Part shown: piece after piece, positions 54,920 to 63,944 of the stretch
Position numbering within the stretch: position 1 is the stretch's first letter
Layout of the letters: every line of letters starts with the position of its first letter
Assembly: GCA_050174015.1 (NCBI GenBank)
Contig: JBFXKG010000002.1
Coordinates: forward strand, 218,252-282,251
Length of the DNA stretch: 64,000 bases
Direction: 5' to 3'
DNA from: Candidatus Krumholzibacteriia bacterium
GTDB taxonomy: Bacteria; Krumholzibacteriota; Krumholzibacteriia; LZORAL124-64-63
The notes under the pieces: generated by a model
What the model saw: the letters and a program-made list of their open reading frames with translations, nothing else
What the model was told of the DNA's origin: nothing
Database searches by the model: none
Program-made: the position numbers and the translations under genes

Positions 54920-56416
54920 TCAGGGCACGAGGCCCAGGAACTCCTGTTGCAGGTAGTGGTGCAGCTTCCTGTCGGGGTCCTTCTCGGCCACCGGCAGAAG
55001 GTACTGGAAGCGGCTGGGCGCGTCCATGGCCAGGATGGAATGGCAAAGGGTGCAGTCGTAGGCGATGGACTCTCCGTTCTCGTCCACCAGGTCGGGGTTG
55101 TGGCACCGGAAGCATCCCCCCTGGCCGAGGTGGCCCAGGTGGTCGGGATACGGGTTCCAGCCCACGTTCATGGGGAAGAAGATGTTGTCGGCGAAGATGT
55201 CCTGCAGGGCTGCGACCAGGCGGTCGGTGCGCGGGTCGGTGGCCAGCTTTTCCCGGCCCGCCATTCTCCGGTAGCTCCCGCGAACCGAGAGGTCGAGGCC
55301 GGCGAGGGCGGCCTGCTTGTCGGGATAATCCCCGAGCAGGGCCTGCAGGCCGATCTTCTTGGCGAAGGGCAGGGTGGTGTCGATGTCGCCGGTGGCCAGA
55401 GCCAGGTCCAGGGCGGCCTCGGGATCCCTGAAGATGTGGGTGGCCCGGTTGTGGCAGTCCACGCAGTCCATGGACCGCGGTTCGAGGGGATGTCCGCCTT
55501 CCGGTTCCGGAAGGGGTGGCGGGTTCCGGTTGGTGAAACGGTGGAAGGTGTCCCCCCGCCTGACCTCGACCCAGTCCATCACCAGCCGCTTGTCGTCGGC
55601 CGTGCGGTAACGGACCTCGTTGGCGGCGGCGACGTGCCAGTGGATGGTGCCTTCCTCCTTGCCGCTTCCGCTGCCGACCTTCAGGGCCAGGGTGGTGAAG
55701 CTCGGGGTGTTCCGCTCGTCCCTGGCGAAGTGGGCGACGGTCTTGATGCGGTCGCCGTAGAATTTCTCGGGCCAGTGGCACTTCTCGCAGGTCTCCCGGG
55801 CGGGACGCAGCTGGTGGACGGGGGTGGGGACGGGCTTCTCGTAGAGGTCGAAGGTCGCCGAGATGACCTGCCACAATCCGTTCAGCTTGGCGTTGACCAG
55901 GGCTCCGGCCCCCTCGCCGACGTGGCAGTCCACACAGCGCACGCTGGCGTGGGGGGAGTTCTGGTAGGCCGTCCACTCGGGTTCCATGATCGGGTGGCAG
56001 GCGGTTCCGCAGAACCTGGGGGTATCCATGAAGTGCAGCATGCGCGCTCCGCCGACCCCGAGGAACAGGATGTTCACCACGGTGAGCAGGGCGATCATCC
56101 CCACCAGGGACGACCCGAGCCGCTTGGCCCGGGTCATGTCGTCGGGGAACCGCTGGGTGAGCAGTTCGCTGGTGGGGCGGCCCACCCTGCGGCGGTAGAT
56201 CGCCCAGCCCACGGGCACCAGGATGAGGCCGAGGATGAACAGCGCCGGCAAGGCCATGTAGCTGATCATTCCCACGTAGGCGTTGGTCACCAGGCCCGCG
56301 ACGTGCATCAACTCGAAGAACACGAAGAGCACGAAGGCGGAGGTCGTCAGGGCGACCCCCGCCGTGCCGATCCAGTTGGTCGCGACGCCGCGGATAAAGA
56401 GCTGGAATCGCTTCAT
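54920..56416 (-). CDS. Membrane-anchored NapC/NirT-like multiheme cytochrome c (6 heme motifs)
   Basis: Three N-terminal TM helices; FCGTACH (CX3CH), CVDCH, CEKCH, CVDCH, CFRCH, CTLCH; M.PE..AYQ.SPH..V.C NapC-type pattern. Confidence 0.85.
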   Translation of the reverse strand: MKRFQLFIRGVATNWIGTAGVALTTSAFVLFVFFELMHVAGLVTNAYVGMISYMALPALFILGLILVPVGWAIYRRRVGRPTSELLTQRFPDDMTRAKRLGSSLVGMIALLTVVNILFLGVGGARMLHFMDTPRFCGTACHPIMEPEWTAYQNSPHASVRCVDCHVGEGAGALVNAKLNGLWQVISATFDLYEKPVPTPVHQLRPARETCEKCHWPEKFYGDRIKTVAHFARDERNTPSFTTLALKVGSGSGKEEGTIHWHVAAANEVRYRTADDKRLVMDWVEVRRGDTFHRFTNRNPPPLPEPEGGHPLEPRSMDCVDCHNRATHIFRDPEAALDLALATGDIDTTLPFAKKIGLQALLGDYPDKQAALAGLDLSVRGSYRRMAGREKLATDPRTDRLVAALQDIFADNIFFPMNVGWNPYPDHLGHLGQGGCFRCHNPDLVDENGESIAYDCTLCHSILAMDAPSRFQYLLPVAEKDPDRKLHHYLQQEFLGLVP

Positions 56417-56428
56417 CGTTCGGCCCTT

Positions 56429-57760
56429 CTACTTGAATTCGACCTGGTACATGTTCCCGTACAGCTCGGCCATCTTGCCCGACTTGATGTCGGCCTTGAT
56501 GTCGGCGGTGGGCCGGCCCAGCCAGGCGTGGAACTCGTCCTTCAGCAGGTCGTCGATCATGGCGTCGAGCTCGGGATTGTGGAATTCCCTCAGTTCGGGC
56601 AGGTACTTGAAGTAGAAGTGCTGGGCCACCTCGTAGATGCCGTGCCACCAGGTGTAGTCCGGGCCCATCATGGCGGCGCCGTGGCGGGCGCGACGGCCCT
56701 CGTGGTGCCAGATCTCCCACCAGGTCCACTCGTACTTGTTGGAGAAGCTGGCGGTGCCTTCGCCCAGCCCCAGCTCCTGGGCCTTCTTGAAGAGGGCCAG
56801 GCCGGGCTTGGCGAACTTCTCGTTGTACAGGTGGACCAGCCCGTCGAGCTGGGCGTAGTGGCCGTCCACGAAGCCCTGACCGTGGCAGTTGCGGCAGACG
56901 TCCTTCATGTTCTCCCGCTTGATCTCCCAGTTGTCCTTGGTCACCGAGACGGGCGGACGCAGGGTCCAGCTGATCCGCTGGCCCACGTCGTGGGTGACGG
57001 CCTGCGTGCTGGTGGCGCTCATGTGGCAGGTGGCGCAGGTGGGAGCCTCGAAGTAGTCCACGCCGACGATCCACGGGTGGGCGTCGAGGTTCATGTCGTC
57101 GATGTGGGTGTAGTAGGCGTTGCCGTGCTTGGACTCCTCGTACACCTCCTTCTGCGGATGGTCCGGGCCCAGGTGGCACTTGCCGCAGGCCTCGGGCTGC
57201 CGGGCCTGCTCGACGCTGAAGGCGTGGCGGGTGTGGCAAGCGGTGCAGGAGCCCTTGCTGCCGTCGGGGTTCAGTCGCCCGATGCCGCTGTTCGGCCAGC
57301 TCAGGCGGGACAGCTTGTTGGGGCTGTCCGGGTCGATCTTGACCTTGGTGCCGTGGCAGCTCTCGCAGCCGGCGATGGCGACGGGGGCTCCCCCGGCGGC
57401 ATGGGCGAGGTAGGCGTCGTTGCTGTCGAGGATCTCGCCGGCGTGGGCATGGTAGGAGGCCATGACCTCCTCCGTCTCCCTCTTGTGGCACACGCCGCAG
57501 TCCTTGGGCGTCACGAGGGTGGCGATCAGGGCGCCCTCGTGCATGAAGGCGTCCGGCTCGCCCTGGGCGGCCTTGTGGCAGTCCAGGCAGGTGACGTTGT
57601 GCTTGGCGTGCTCGCTCATGTACCACTGGTTGTACAGCCCCAGCGACTTCTCCTTGTGGCAGGTCATGCACTTGCCCGCCACGCTGTCGGGGTCGGCGGC
57701 CAGGGCGGCCCCGGCGCTCAGCAGCATGACCAGGGTTAGGGCAAACAGGACACGTTTCAT
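56429..57760 (-). CDS. Octaheme hydroxylamine oxidoreductase-like cytochrome c
   Basis: Signal peptide; 8 CxxCH motifs (CMTCH, CLDCH, CGVCH, CESCH, CTACH, CGKCH, CATCH, CRNCH); CH.RH.FS, GPDHPQ.E.Y.ESKHG, WHHEGRR, GPDY.WWHG. Confidence 0.9.
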   Translation of the reverse strand: MKRVLFALTLVMLLSAGAALAADPDSVAGKCMTCHKEKSLGLYNQWYMSEHAKHNVTCLDCHKAAQGEPDAFMHEGALIATLVTPKDCGVCHKRETEEVMASYHAHAGEILDSNDAYLAHAAGGAPVAIAGCESCHGTKVKIDPDSPNKLSRLSWPNSGIGRLNPDGSKGSCTACHTRHAFSVEQARQPEACGKCHLGPDHPQKEVYEESKHGNAYYTHIDDMNLDAHPWIVGVDYFEAPTCATCHMSATSTQAVTHDVGQRISWTLRPPVSVTKDNWEIKRENMKDVCRNCHGQGFVDGHYAQLDGLVHLYNEKFAKPGLALFKKAQELGLGEGTASFSNKYEWTWWEIWHHEGRRARHGAAMMGPDYTWWHGIYEVAQHFYFKYLPELREFHNPELDAMIDDLLKDEFHAWLGRPTADIKADIKSGKMAELYGNMYQVEFK

Positions 57761-58009
57761 GATCGGGCTCCTTGTCCGCGGTCCAGGGATCGGGATGCGT
57801 TCCGGGCAATCCTTGGCGATGGAGGAGGAGGATGCAATCGGGATCGCCGGCCCGGGCGGTCGGGGATGGCGGGGGATTTGAACCATGATGATCTCCCAGT
57901 ATTTTCATAGGTTAAATGTCCTCCTCTTGGTCATCGACCACCCCTGAGCGGAGGTGGAATGATGTTGTTATCATTATTGGAGATAAAAAGACAAAGAAGT
58001 CTTGTTTAA

Positions 58010-58025
58010 TGTGATTTTGATCATA
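58010..58025. promoter_or_regulatory. CRP/FNR-family-like binding site
   Basis: TGTGA-TTTTGA-TCATA, 9 of 10 matches to TGTGA-N6-TCACA, in the AT-rich divergent region upstream of the HAO-like gene. Confidence 0.6.
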
Positions 58026-58178
58026 AGAATGCAGGAGCTCCCCCCGTGTCCCCGAAACGGCACTCGGCAATTTTCCGTTTCATCATGACGGAAAAATAAC
58101 AGGACCTGGGAAGGGATTCCCGGCCAACAGCTTTCCCGGAGGGTTGGCAATCAGGCACCCGGGACGTATTGTGATGCC

Positions 58179-59072
58179 ATGCACATACCCGACCTTGCCG
58201 AATACGCCCTGTTCCGTGGGTTTTCAGCGACCCTGGGGATCCTGCCCGGCTCGGTTTCCCTGGCGGGACTGAGGGGGACCGGCCGGCTCGTCCAGCGGCT
58301 GGGCTGGTTCCGCGCAGACCTGGCCCGGGCTCAGGTGGCGGCCGCCTTTCCTGATTGGGAAGCGGAGCGGATCGACGCCACGGTGAAGGGGATGTTCGAT
58401 CACCTGGCCCTCATGGCGCAGGAGATCTGGGGGAAGGGCCGCAAGGATGTCCACGCCTGGTGCCGCGTCCCCCGAGGGTGGGACCCCCTGGAGGAAGGCC
58501 TGGCCTCCGGCAGAGGCCTGATCCTGGCATCGGCCCACCTGGGCAATTTCGAATGGTGCGGCCGGCTCATCGCCTCCCGCCACCGTCTGCTCGACGTCGT
58601 CAAGCCCCAGCGCAACCGCTGGTTCGACCGCGACCTGGACAGGATGCGCAGGGCCGCGGGCATCGACACCGTACCGGTGGACGAGGCGGGTCCGGCGGTG
58701 ATGCGCCGGCTCAGGCAGGGCGGGGTGGTGTCCCTGCTGCTGGACCAGGATGCCGGAGCCGCCGGGGTCCGGACCCGCGTCTTCGGTCGTCCGGCCTCCA
58801 CCTGGCCCGGTGCGGCGCGGCTCTCCCTCCAGCTGGATTGTCCGGTGCTGCCCGTCTGCCTGATCCGACTTCCGGATCGTCGTCACGAACTGGTCTGGGG
58901 CGCTTCCCTGGATCCCCGCGACCTGCCTGCAACCGCGGCTCACCCCGCTGCGTATACCCAGTTGATCTCCGACAGCCTCGAGGCGTTCATCCGCCTTCAT
59001 CCCGAACAGTGGTTCTGGGTCCACCGCCGCTGGAAGGGGGCGGACGAGGCCCAGGTTCCCCAGGAGCCGTGA
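58179..59072 (+). CDS. Lipid A late acyltransferase (LpxL/HtrB family)
   Basis: SAHLGNFE, LLLDQD, FGRPA.T..G.A, HPEQWFWVHRRWK. Confidence 0.9.
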   Translation: MHIPDLAEYALFRGFSATLGILPGSVSLAGLRGTGRLVQRLGWFRADLARAQVAAAFPDWEAERIDATVKGMFDHLALMAQEIWGKGRKDVHAWCRVPRGWDPLEEGLASGRGLILASAHLGNFEWCGRLIASRHRLLDVVKPQRNRWFDRDLDRMRRAAGIDTVPVDEAGPAVMRRLRQGGVVSLLLDQDAGAAGVRTRVFGRPASTWPGAARLSLQLDCPVLPVCLIRLPDRRHELVWGASLDPRDLPATAAHPAAYTQLISDSLEAFIRLHPEQWFWVHRRWKGADEAQVPQEP

Positions 59073-59074
59073 TC

Positions 59075-61030
59075 ATGGTCGCATCCCCGCTTCGCGGGAC
59101 GCTGGTCCTGTCCGTTCTCGCCGGTCTGCTGGCCCTGTCCGCGGTCCCCCAGCCTCCCTTGCCCGGGGACGTGGAACCCGGCCTGCAGCCCAGGCTCTGG
59201 GCGCCCGGTCTGATCAACACCGGCCTGATCACCCGGGACGTGGCCATGACCCCCGACCAGACCGAGATCTACTTCAGCGTGGCCACGGCGGGTTACGCGC
59301 AGTCCGCGATCTGCGTGGTGCGCCGGGTGGACGGCGCCTGGACCGGGCCGCAGGTCGCGCCGTTCAGCGGCGATCCCCGCTGGCTGGACCTGGAGCCCTT
59401 CATCGCGCCCAACGGCCGGCGCTTCTACTTCATGTCCACCCGCCCCGCGGACGGCAAGGGGCCCGGCGATCCGGACGTCTGGGTCATGGATCGCGTGTCC
59501 GGCGGCTGGTCGGAACCCCGCAGCCTGGGCGCGCCCGTGAACACGCCCGACCCGGAGTACTTTCCTGCCGTGACCCGCGAAGGTCACCTCTACTTCTGCC
59601 GGGCGGACTCCGCGGGTGTCCATCGCATCTTCAAGGCGGCCTGGGACGGCCGGGCCTTCTCGACGCCCGAGCCCCTGCCCGATGCCGTCAACTGCGGGAC
59701 CAACCGGTTCAACGCGACCATCGATCCGGACGAGAGCCGCCTGATCTTCACGGCCGCAGGCGTTCCCGGTTCTCCGGGCATCCGCTACTACCAGGCCCGC
59801 CGCGCTGCGGACGGAACCTGGACCGGGCCGTTCGATCTGGGCCCGGCGGTCAACGAGGGCCTCGGCCGCGGCTGGTCGCCCTCTCTCAGTCCCGACGGGA
59901 AGACCTTTTTCTTCATGTCCGGCAGACGGATCGCCGGCGAGGATTCCTGGCCGTTGCGCTGGTCGGTGCGCCAGGGCGAGCAGCGGGCTGCGGGGACCGG
60001 CAACGGTAACGTCTGGATGGTCAGCGCCGCCGTCCTGGACGATCCGGGATCGGGTATCGTTCCCGCCGACGCACCGCAGTCCCTGCCCGTGCCGGCCGTC
60101 GCATTTCCCCACCTGGAGGGGCCCTACCTGGGACAGGAGCCGCCGGGAATGGAGCCCAAGGTCTTCGCCCCTGGCGTCCTGTCGACAGGCCTGAACGAAC
60201 GGGACGTGCTCTTCGCTCCGGACGGCCGCCGCCTCTGGTTCGGCCTGATGGACCGGGGAATCATCACCGTCATGACCACCCACCTGACGGATTCCGGCTG
60301 GTCCGAACCCGTCAGCGCGGGATTCCATCCCGACCCGTCCTTCGTCTGCTTCGAACCCGCCCTGTCGCCCGACGGCCGGCGGATGCTGTTCCTGTCCAAC
60401 CAGGCGGCGCCCGGCCAGACCCAGGGGACGGGCTGGGCGAACCAGAACCTCTTCGTCAGCGAGGACGAGGGGGCCGGATGGTCGGCGCCGCGCGCGCTGC
60501 CCGCCCCGGTGACCACCGACGCGGCGGAATACTATCCCAGCCTCGCCAGGGACGGGACCCTCTACTTCACGCGGGAGGACTCCGCCGGCGCCGGCGCCGT
60601 CTGGGCGGCCGAACCTGCCGGCGAGGGATACGGTGAACCCCGGCGGCTGGATGAAGCGGTGAATGGCGGGACCAGCGCCTACAACGCCTCGGTCCACCCC
60701 GACGAGCGCTGGCTCATCGTGTGCATCCAGGGGCATCCGGACAACCTCGGACCGGCCGACTACTGGATCAGTTTCCGGAACCCGCAAGGGGAATGGGATC
60801 CCGTGGTCAACCTGGGGCCGACGTTCAACGGTCCCGGCCTGCAGGCGGCCTCCGCCTCCCTGTCTCCCGACGGGCGGTTCCTGTTCTTCAGCAGGCGCAG
60901 CGCGGTCGATGTCGCCGTTCCCTTGACCTGGGAGAGCCTCCAGGATCTCCAGACCGGGCGAGGGGGCGGGGGCCTGGACATCTGGTGGGTGGATGCGGGG
61001 ATTCTGGAATCCCTGAGCCCTCATCGTTGA
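59075..61030 (+). CDS. Exported protein with two tandem PD40/TolB-like beta-propeller domains
   Basis: Signal peptide; two homologous halves, each with P..[WF]APG...TGL..RDV...PD, [ED]P...P.G.R..F.S and SLSPDG..FF. Confidence 0.8.
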   Translation: MVASPLRGTLVLSVLAGLLALSAVPQPPLPGDVEPGLQPRLWAPGLINTGLITRDVAMTPDQTEIYFSVATAGYAQSAICVVRRVDGAWTGPQVAPFSGDPRWLDLEPFIAPNGRRFYFMSTRPADGKGPGDPDVWVMDRVSGGWSEPRSLGAPVNTPDPEYFPAVTREGHLYFCRADSAGVHRIFKAAWDGRAFSTPEPLPDAVNCGTNRFNATIDPDESRLIFTAAGVPGSPGIRYYQARRAADGTWTGPFDLGPAVNEGLGRGWSPSLSPDGKTFFFMSGRRIAGEDSWPLRWSVRQGEQRAAGTGNGNVWMVSAAVLDDPGSGIVPADAPQSLPVPAVAFPHLEGPYLGQEPPGMEPKVFAPGVLSTGLNERDVLFAPDGRRLWFGLMDRGIITVMTTHLTDSGWSEPVSAGFHPDPSFVCFEPALSPDGRRMLFLSNQAAPGQTQGTGWANQNLFVSEDEGAGWSAPRALPAPVTTDAAEYYPSLARDGTLYFTREDSAGAGAVWAAEPAGEGYGEPRRLDEAVNGGTSAYNASVHPDERWLIVCIQGHPDNLGPADYWISFRNPQGEWDPVVNLGPTFNGPGLQAASASLSPDGRFLFFSRRSAVDVAVPLTWESLQDLQTGRGGGGLDIWWVDAGILESLSPHR

Positions 61031-61219
61031 CCGGAAGGGTGGATCGGCATAAATCACACAAAATTTGTATTATTTTGTCCTTGAATTTGATTAATGAATT
61101 CAATTATTCACAATTATGTTGACCAATTGTTGCTAATTTGGGACGATTTCCCCCGGGAATGAAAGCTGCTGGTCCGGGACGGTCCGCGCCCGGATTCTCG
61201 CCTACCGGGGAGGGGTTCC

Positions 61220-63877
61220 ATGCCACGTTTCGCCTGCATTCTCGCCGCCGTTTTCCTCCTGGCCGTCGCCATCGCCCCATCGACGGCCGAAGCCCGCAAC
61301 CCCTACCGTCGCGCCTTCTTCGATCACTATCCGGGCGCCACCGGTTCCATGCTCGACGACGTCCCGAGCAATGCCGGCCATTGCGGAGTCTGCCACTTCG
61401 ACTTCGACGGGTCCGCCACGCGCAATCCCTACGGGCTGGACGTCGAGGTCCGGCTGGCGGCCGGGATGTCGGCGGCCGAGGCCATCGCCGCCATCGACCT
61501 GCTGGATTCCGACGGGGACGGCTTCAGCAACCACATCGAGATCACCGACGTGGTGAACTGGTCCAACACCCCGACCTTCCCCGGACTGCAAAGCGGGAAC
61601 GTCGGCAACGCGGTGAACGTCGATCCCGCCGATCTGACGGGATATCTCAGCCCCGCCGGCTCGACCGACACCACCCCTCCCACGGTGACCATCCTGTCCC
61701 CGGTGGGTGGCGAGGTCTTCGACCCCGCCACCCACGAGACGGTCCAGTGGACGGCCACGGACGCCGGGGGGATCAGCCACGTCGACATCCTCCTGTCGGA
61801 CGACGGCGGATCCCACTGGAAGAAGATCGCCGGAGATCTGCCGCCGACGGGTTCCCACGACCTCTACGTTCCCAACCTTCCCGGCAGCACCCTCATGCGG
61901 GTCGAGGCCTTCGACAACGCCAACAACCCCGGCTGGGACGACAGCCCGGGTACCTTCACCATCAATCCGGTGACGACGGGCATCGTGCCGACCTCCCTGC
62001 GGGACTTCGAACTCGCCGGGACGCAGCCCTTCGAGGGCGGGGTCCTCGACGATCCCTCGGTGACCTGCATCGCCTGTCACGGGGAATACGATCCGGCGGT
62101 CGAGCCCTGGCACAACTGGCAGGGGAGCATGATGGCCCAGGCCATGCGCGACCCGCTGTACCGGGCCACCCTGGAGGTGGCCGAATCGGCCGTCCCGGGG
62201 GCTGGCGACCTGTGCCTGCGCTGCCATACGCCAGGAGGATGGCAGGAAGGGCGATCGACCGACACCCTCGGCGGCATGCTCCTCGAAAAAGACTACCAGG
62301 GGGTCCAGTGCGACTACTGTCACCGCCTGGTGGATCCGGTCTACGTCGAGGGCGTCAGCCCGGCCGTCGACCTGGAGATCCTGAACGGGCTGGGTTCCAT
62401 TCCGCTGGAACCGGCCAACGGGCAGTTCGTGACGGATCCCTCGCCGGTGAAACGGGGGCCCTACGACGACGCCCAAGCCAGCCACCAGTGGCTCCACTCC
62501 GAGTTCACCCTGAGCTCGGACATGTGCGCCACCTGCCACGACGTGAGCAATCCGGCCTTCGTGGCGGGCGCCGAACCCGGCCTGTACGAGGTCCAGGCCC
62601 TGGACGCGCCCCATCCTGACGGCGACAAGCGCAACATGTTCCCCGTCGAGCGGACCTTCAGCGAGTGGAGCGTGAGCGACTACGCCTCCGGCGGCGTCTA
62701 CCAGCCCCAGTTCGCGGGCGACAAGCCCGACGGCATCGTGTCCACCTGCCAGGACTGCCACATGCGCGACGTCACGGGGGTCGGATCCAACGTTCCCGGG
62801 TCGCCTTCACGGCCCGACCTGGGCATCCACGATCTGACCGGCGGCAACACCTTCATCCCCGACATCCTGCCCATCTTCTACCCCGAGGTCGACGTGGCCG
62901 CCCTGCAGGACGGCAAGACCCGGGCGACGGCCATGCTCACGCTGGCGGCCACCATGGAACTGACCGCCACTCCGGTGGAGGGGCAGCCCGCCGTCACCGT
63001 GCGGATCACCAACGAGACCGGCCACAAGCTGCCCAGCGGCTATCCCGAGGGGCGGAGGGCGTGGCTCAACGTCAAGGCCTTCGACGCCCAGGACAACCTG
63101 GTCTACGAGTCCGGGGCCTACGACCCCGCCACCGGCATCCTCGGCCACGACGAGGACGCCAAGATCTACCAGATCAAGCCCGGCATGTCGTCCCGCATGG
63201 CGGCCATCACGGGGCTGCCCATGGGGCCGTCCTTCCACTTCGCCCTGAACGACACGGTCTACTCCGACAACCGGATCCCGCCCCGCGGCTTCACCAACGC
63301 CGCGTTCACCCAGGTGCAATCCCCCCCGGTGGATTACGTCTACGCCGACGGCCAGTACTGGGACGACACCGTCTACAGGCTGCCCGGCAGCGCCCGCTCC
63401 GTCGACGTCACCCTCTACTATCAGACCACCAGCAAGGAGTACATCGAGTTCCTGCGGGACAACAACACCGTCAGCACCCTAGGGCAGGAGCTCCACGACG
63501 CCTGGGCCAACAACGGCAAGAGCACGCCGGTGGTCATGGCCCAGCAGACGGCCCTGCTCGACGTGACCGGCGCACCGGACGGGGACGCCGTGCCGCGGGT
63601 GACGACCCTGGCCCAGAACTACCCCAACCCCTTCAACCCGCACACCTGGATCGACTTCACGCTGCCTGCGACGGGGCCGGCCACCCTGCGCATCTACGAT
63701 GAGCGCGGGCGGCTGGTCCGCACCCTGGTCGACGAGGGCGTGCTGGGGGCCGGCGCCCATCATCTGCGCTGGGACGGGGCGGACGATGGAGGGACCCCGG
63801 TCGCCAGCGGGGTGTACCATTACGTCCTGAAGACCCGGCAGGGGGATCTGAAGCGCAAGATGACCCTCATCAAGTAG
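61220..63877 (+). CDS. Secreted multiheme cytochrome c (6 CxxCH) with Ig-like domain and C-terminal FlgD-Ig/T9SS-like domain
   Basis: Signal peptide AEA-R; CGVCH, CIACH, CLRCH, CDYCH, CATCH, CQDCH; DSDGDG Ca-loop; DTTPPTVTILSP.GGE Ig domain; QNYPNPFNP..IYDERGRLVRTL..WDG.DD.G.PVASGVY..KMTLIK. Confidence 0.88.
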   Translation: MPRFACILAAVFLLAVAIAPSTAEARNPYRRAFFDHYPGATGSMLDDVPSNAGHCGVCHFDFDGSATRNPYGLDVEVRLAAGMSAAEAIAAIDLLDSDGDGFSNHIEITDVVNWSNTPTFPGLQSGNVGNAVNVDPADLTGYLSPAGSTDTTPPTVTILSPVGGEVFDPATHETVQWTATDAGGISHVDILLSDDGGSHWKKIAGDLPPTGSHDLYVPNLPGSTLMRVEAFDNANNPGWDDSPGTFTINPVTTGIVPTSLRDFELAGTQPFEGGVLDDPSVTCIACHGEYDPAVEPWHNWQGSMMAQAMRDPLYRATLEVAESAVPGAGDLCLRCHTPGGWQEGRSTDTLGGMLLEKDYQGVQCDYCHRLVDPVYVEGVSPAVDLEILNGLGSIPLEPANGQFVTDPSPVKRGPYDDAQASHQWLHSEFTLSSDMCATCHDVSNPAFVAGAEPGLYEVQALDAPHPDGDKRNMFPVERTFSEWSVSDYASGGVYQPQFAGDKPDGIVSTCQDCHMRDVTGVGSNVPGSPSRPDLGIHDLTGGNTFIPDILPIFYPEVDVAALQDGKTRATAMLTLAATMELTATPVEGQPAVTVRITNETGHKLPSGYPEGRRAWLNVKAFDAQDNLVYESGAYDPATGILGHDEDAKIYQIKPGMSSRMAAITGLPMGPSFHFALNDTVYSDNRIPPRGFTNAAFTQVQSPPVDYVYADGQYWDDTVYRLPGSARSVDVTLYYQTTSKEYIEFLRDNNTVSTLGQELHDAWANNGKSTPVVMAQQTALLDVTGAPDGDAVPRVTTLAQNYPNPFNPHTWIDFTLPATGPATLRIYDERGRLVRTLVDEGVLGAGAHHLRWDGADDGGTPVASGVYHYVLKTRQGDLKRKMTLIK

Positions 63878-63908
63878 GTTGTGCCGTCGAAATTGTGTCC
63901 GCTGTCAT

Positions 63909-63944
63909 CCCTCTGCCGGTCTCGGCCGGCAGAGGGTTCCTTTC
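63909..63944 (+). terminator. Intrinsic terminator
   Basis: CCCTCTGCCGG/CCGGCAGAGGG stem followed by TTCCTTTC. Confidence 0.7.

Noticed and set aside
56429..57760. HAO-like gene as evidence of nitrification or anammox
   Set aside because: No amo, cycA or hzs genes nearby, and the C-terminal motif resembles reductive homologs
57770..57890. Possible structured RNA in the leader of the HAO-like gene
   Set aside because: Some short repeats (CGGGAT) but no riboswitch consensus I can support without a covariance search
53688..57908. 1406-aa minus-strand ORF suggesting a giant protein
   Set aside because: Only the last ~380 codons look protein-like; the rest is an alternate frame of the cytochrome genes and crosses their terminator
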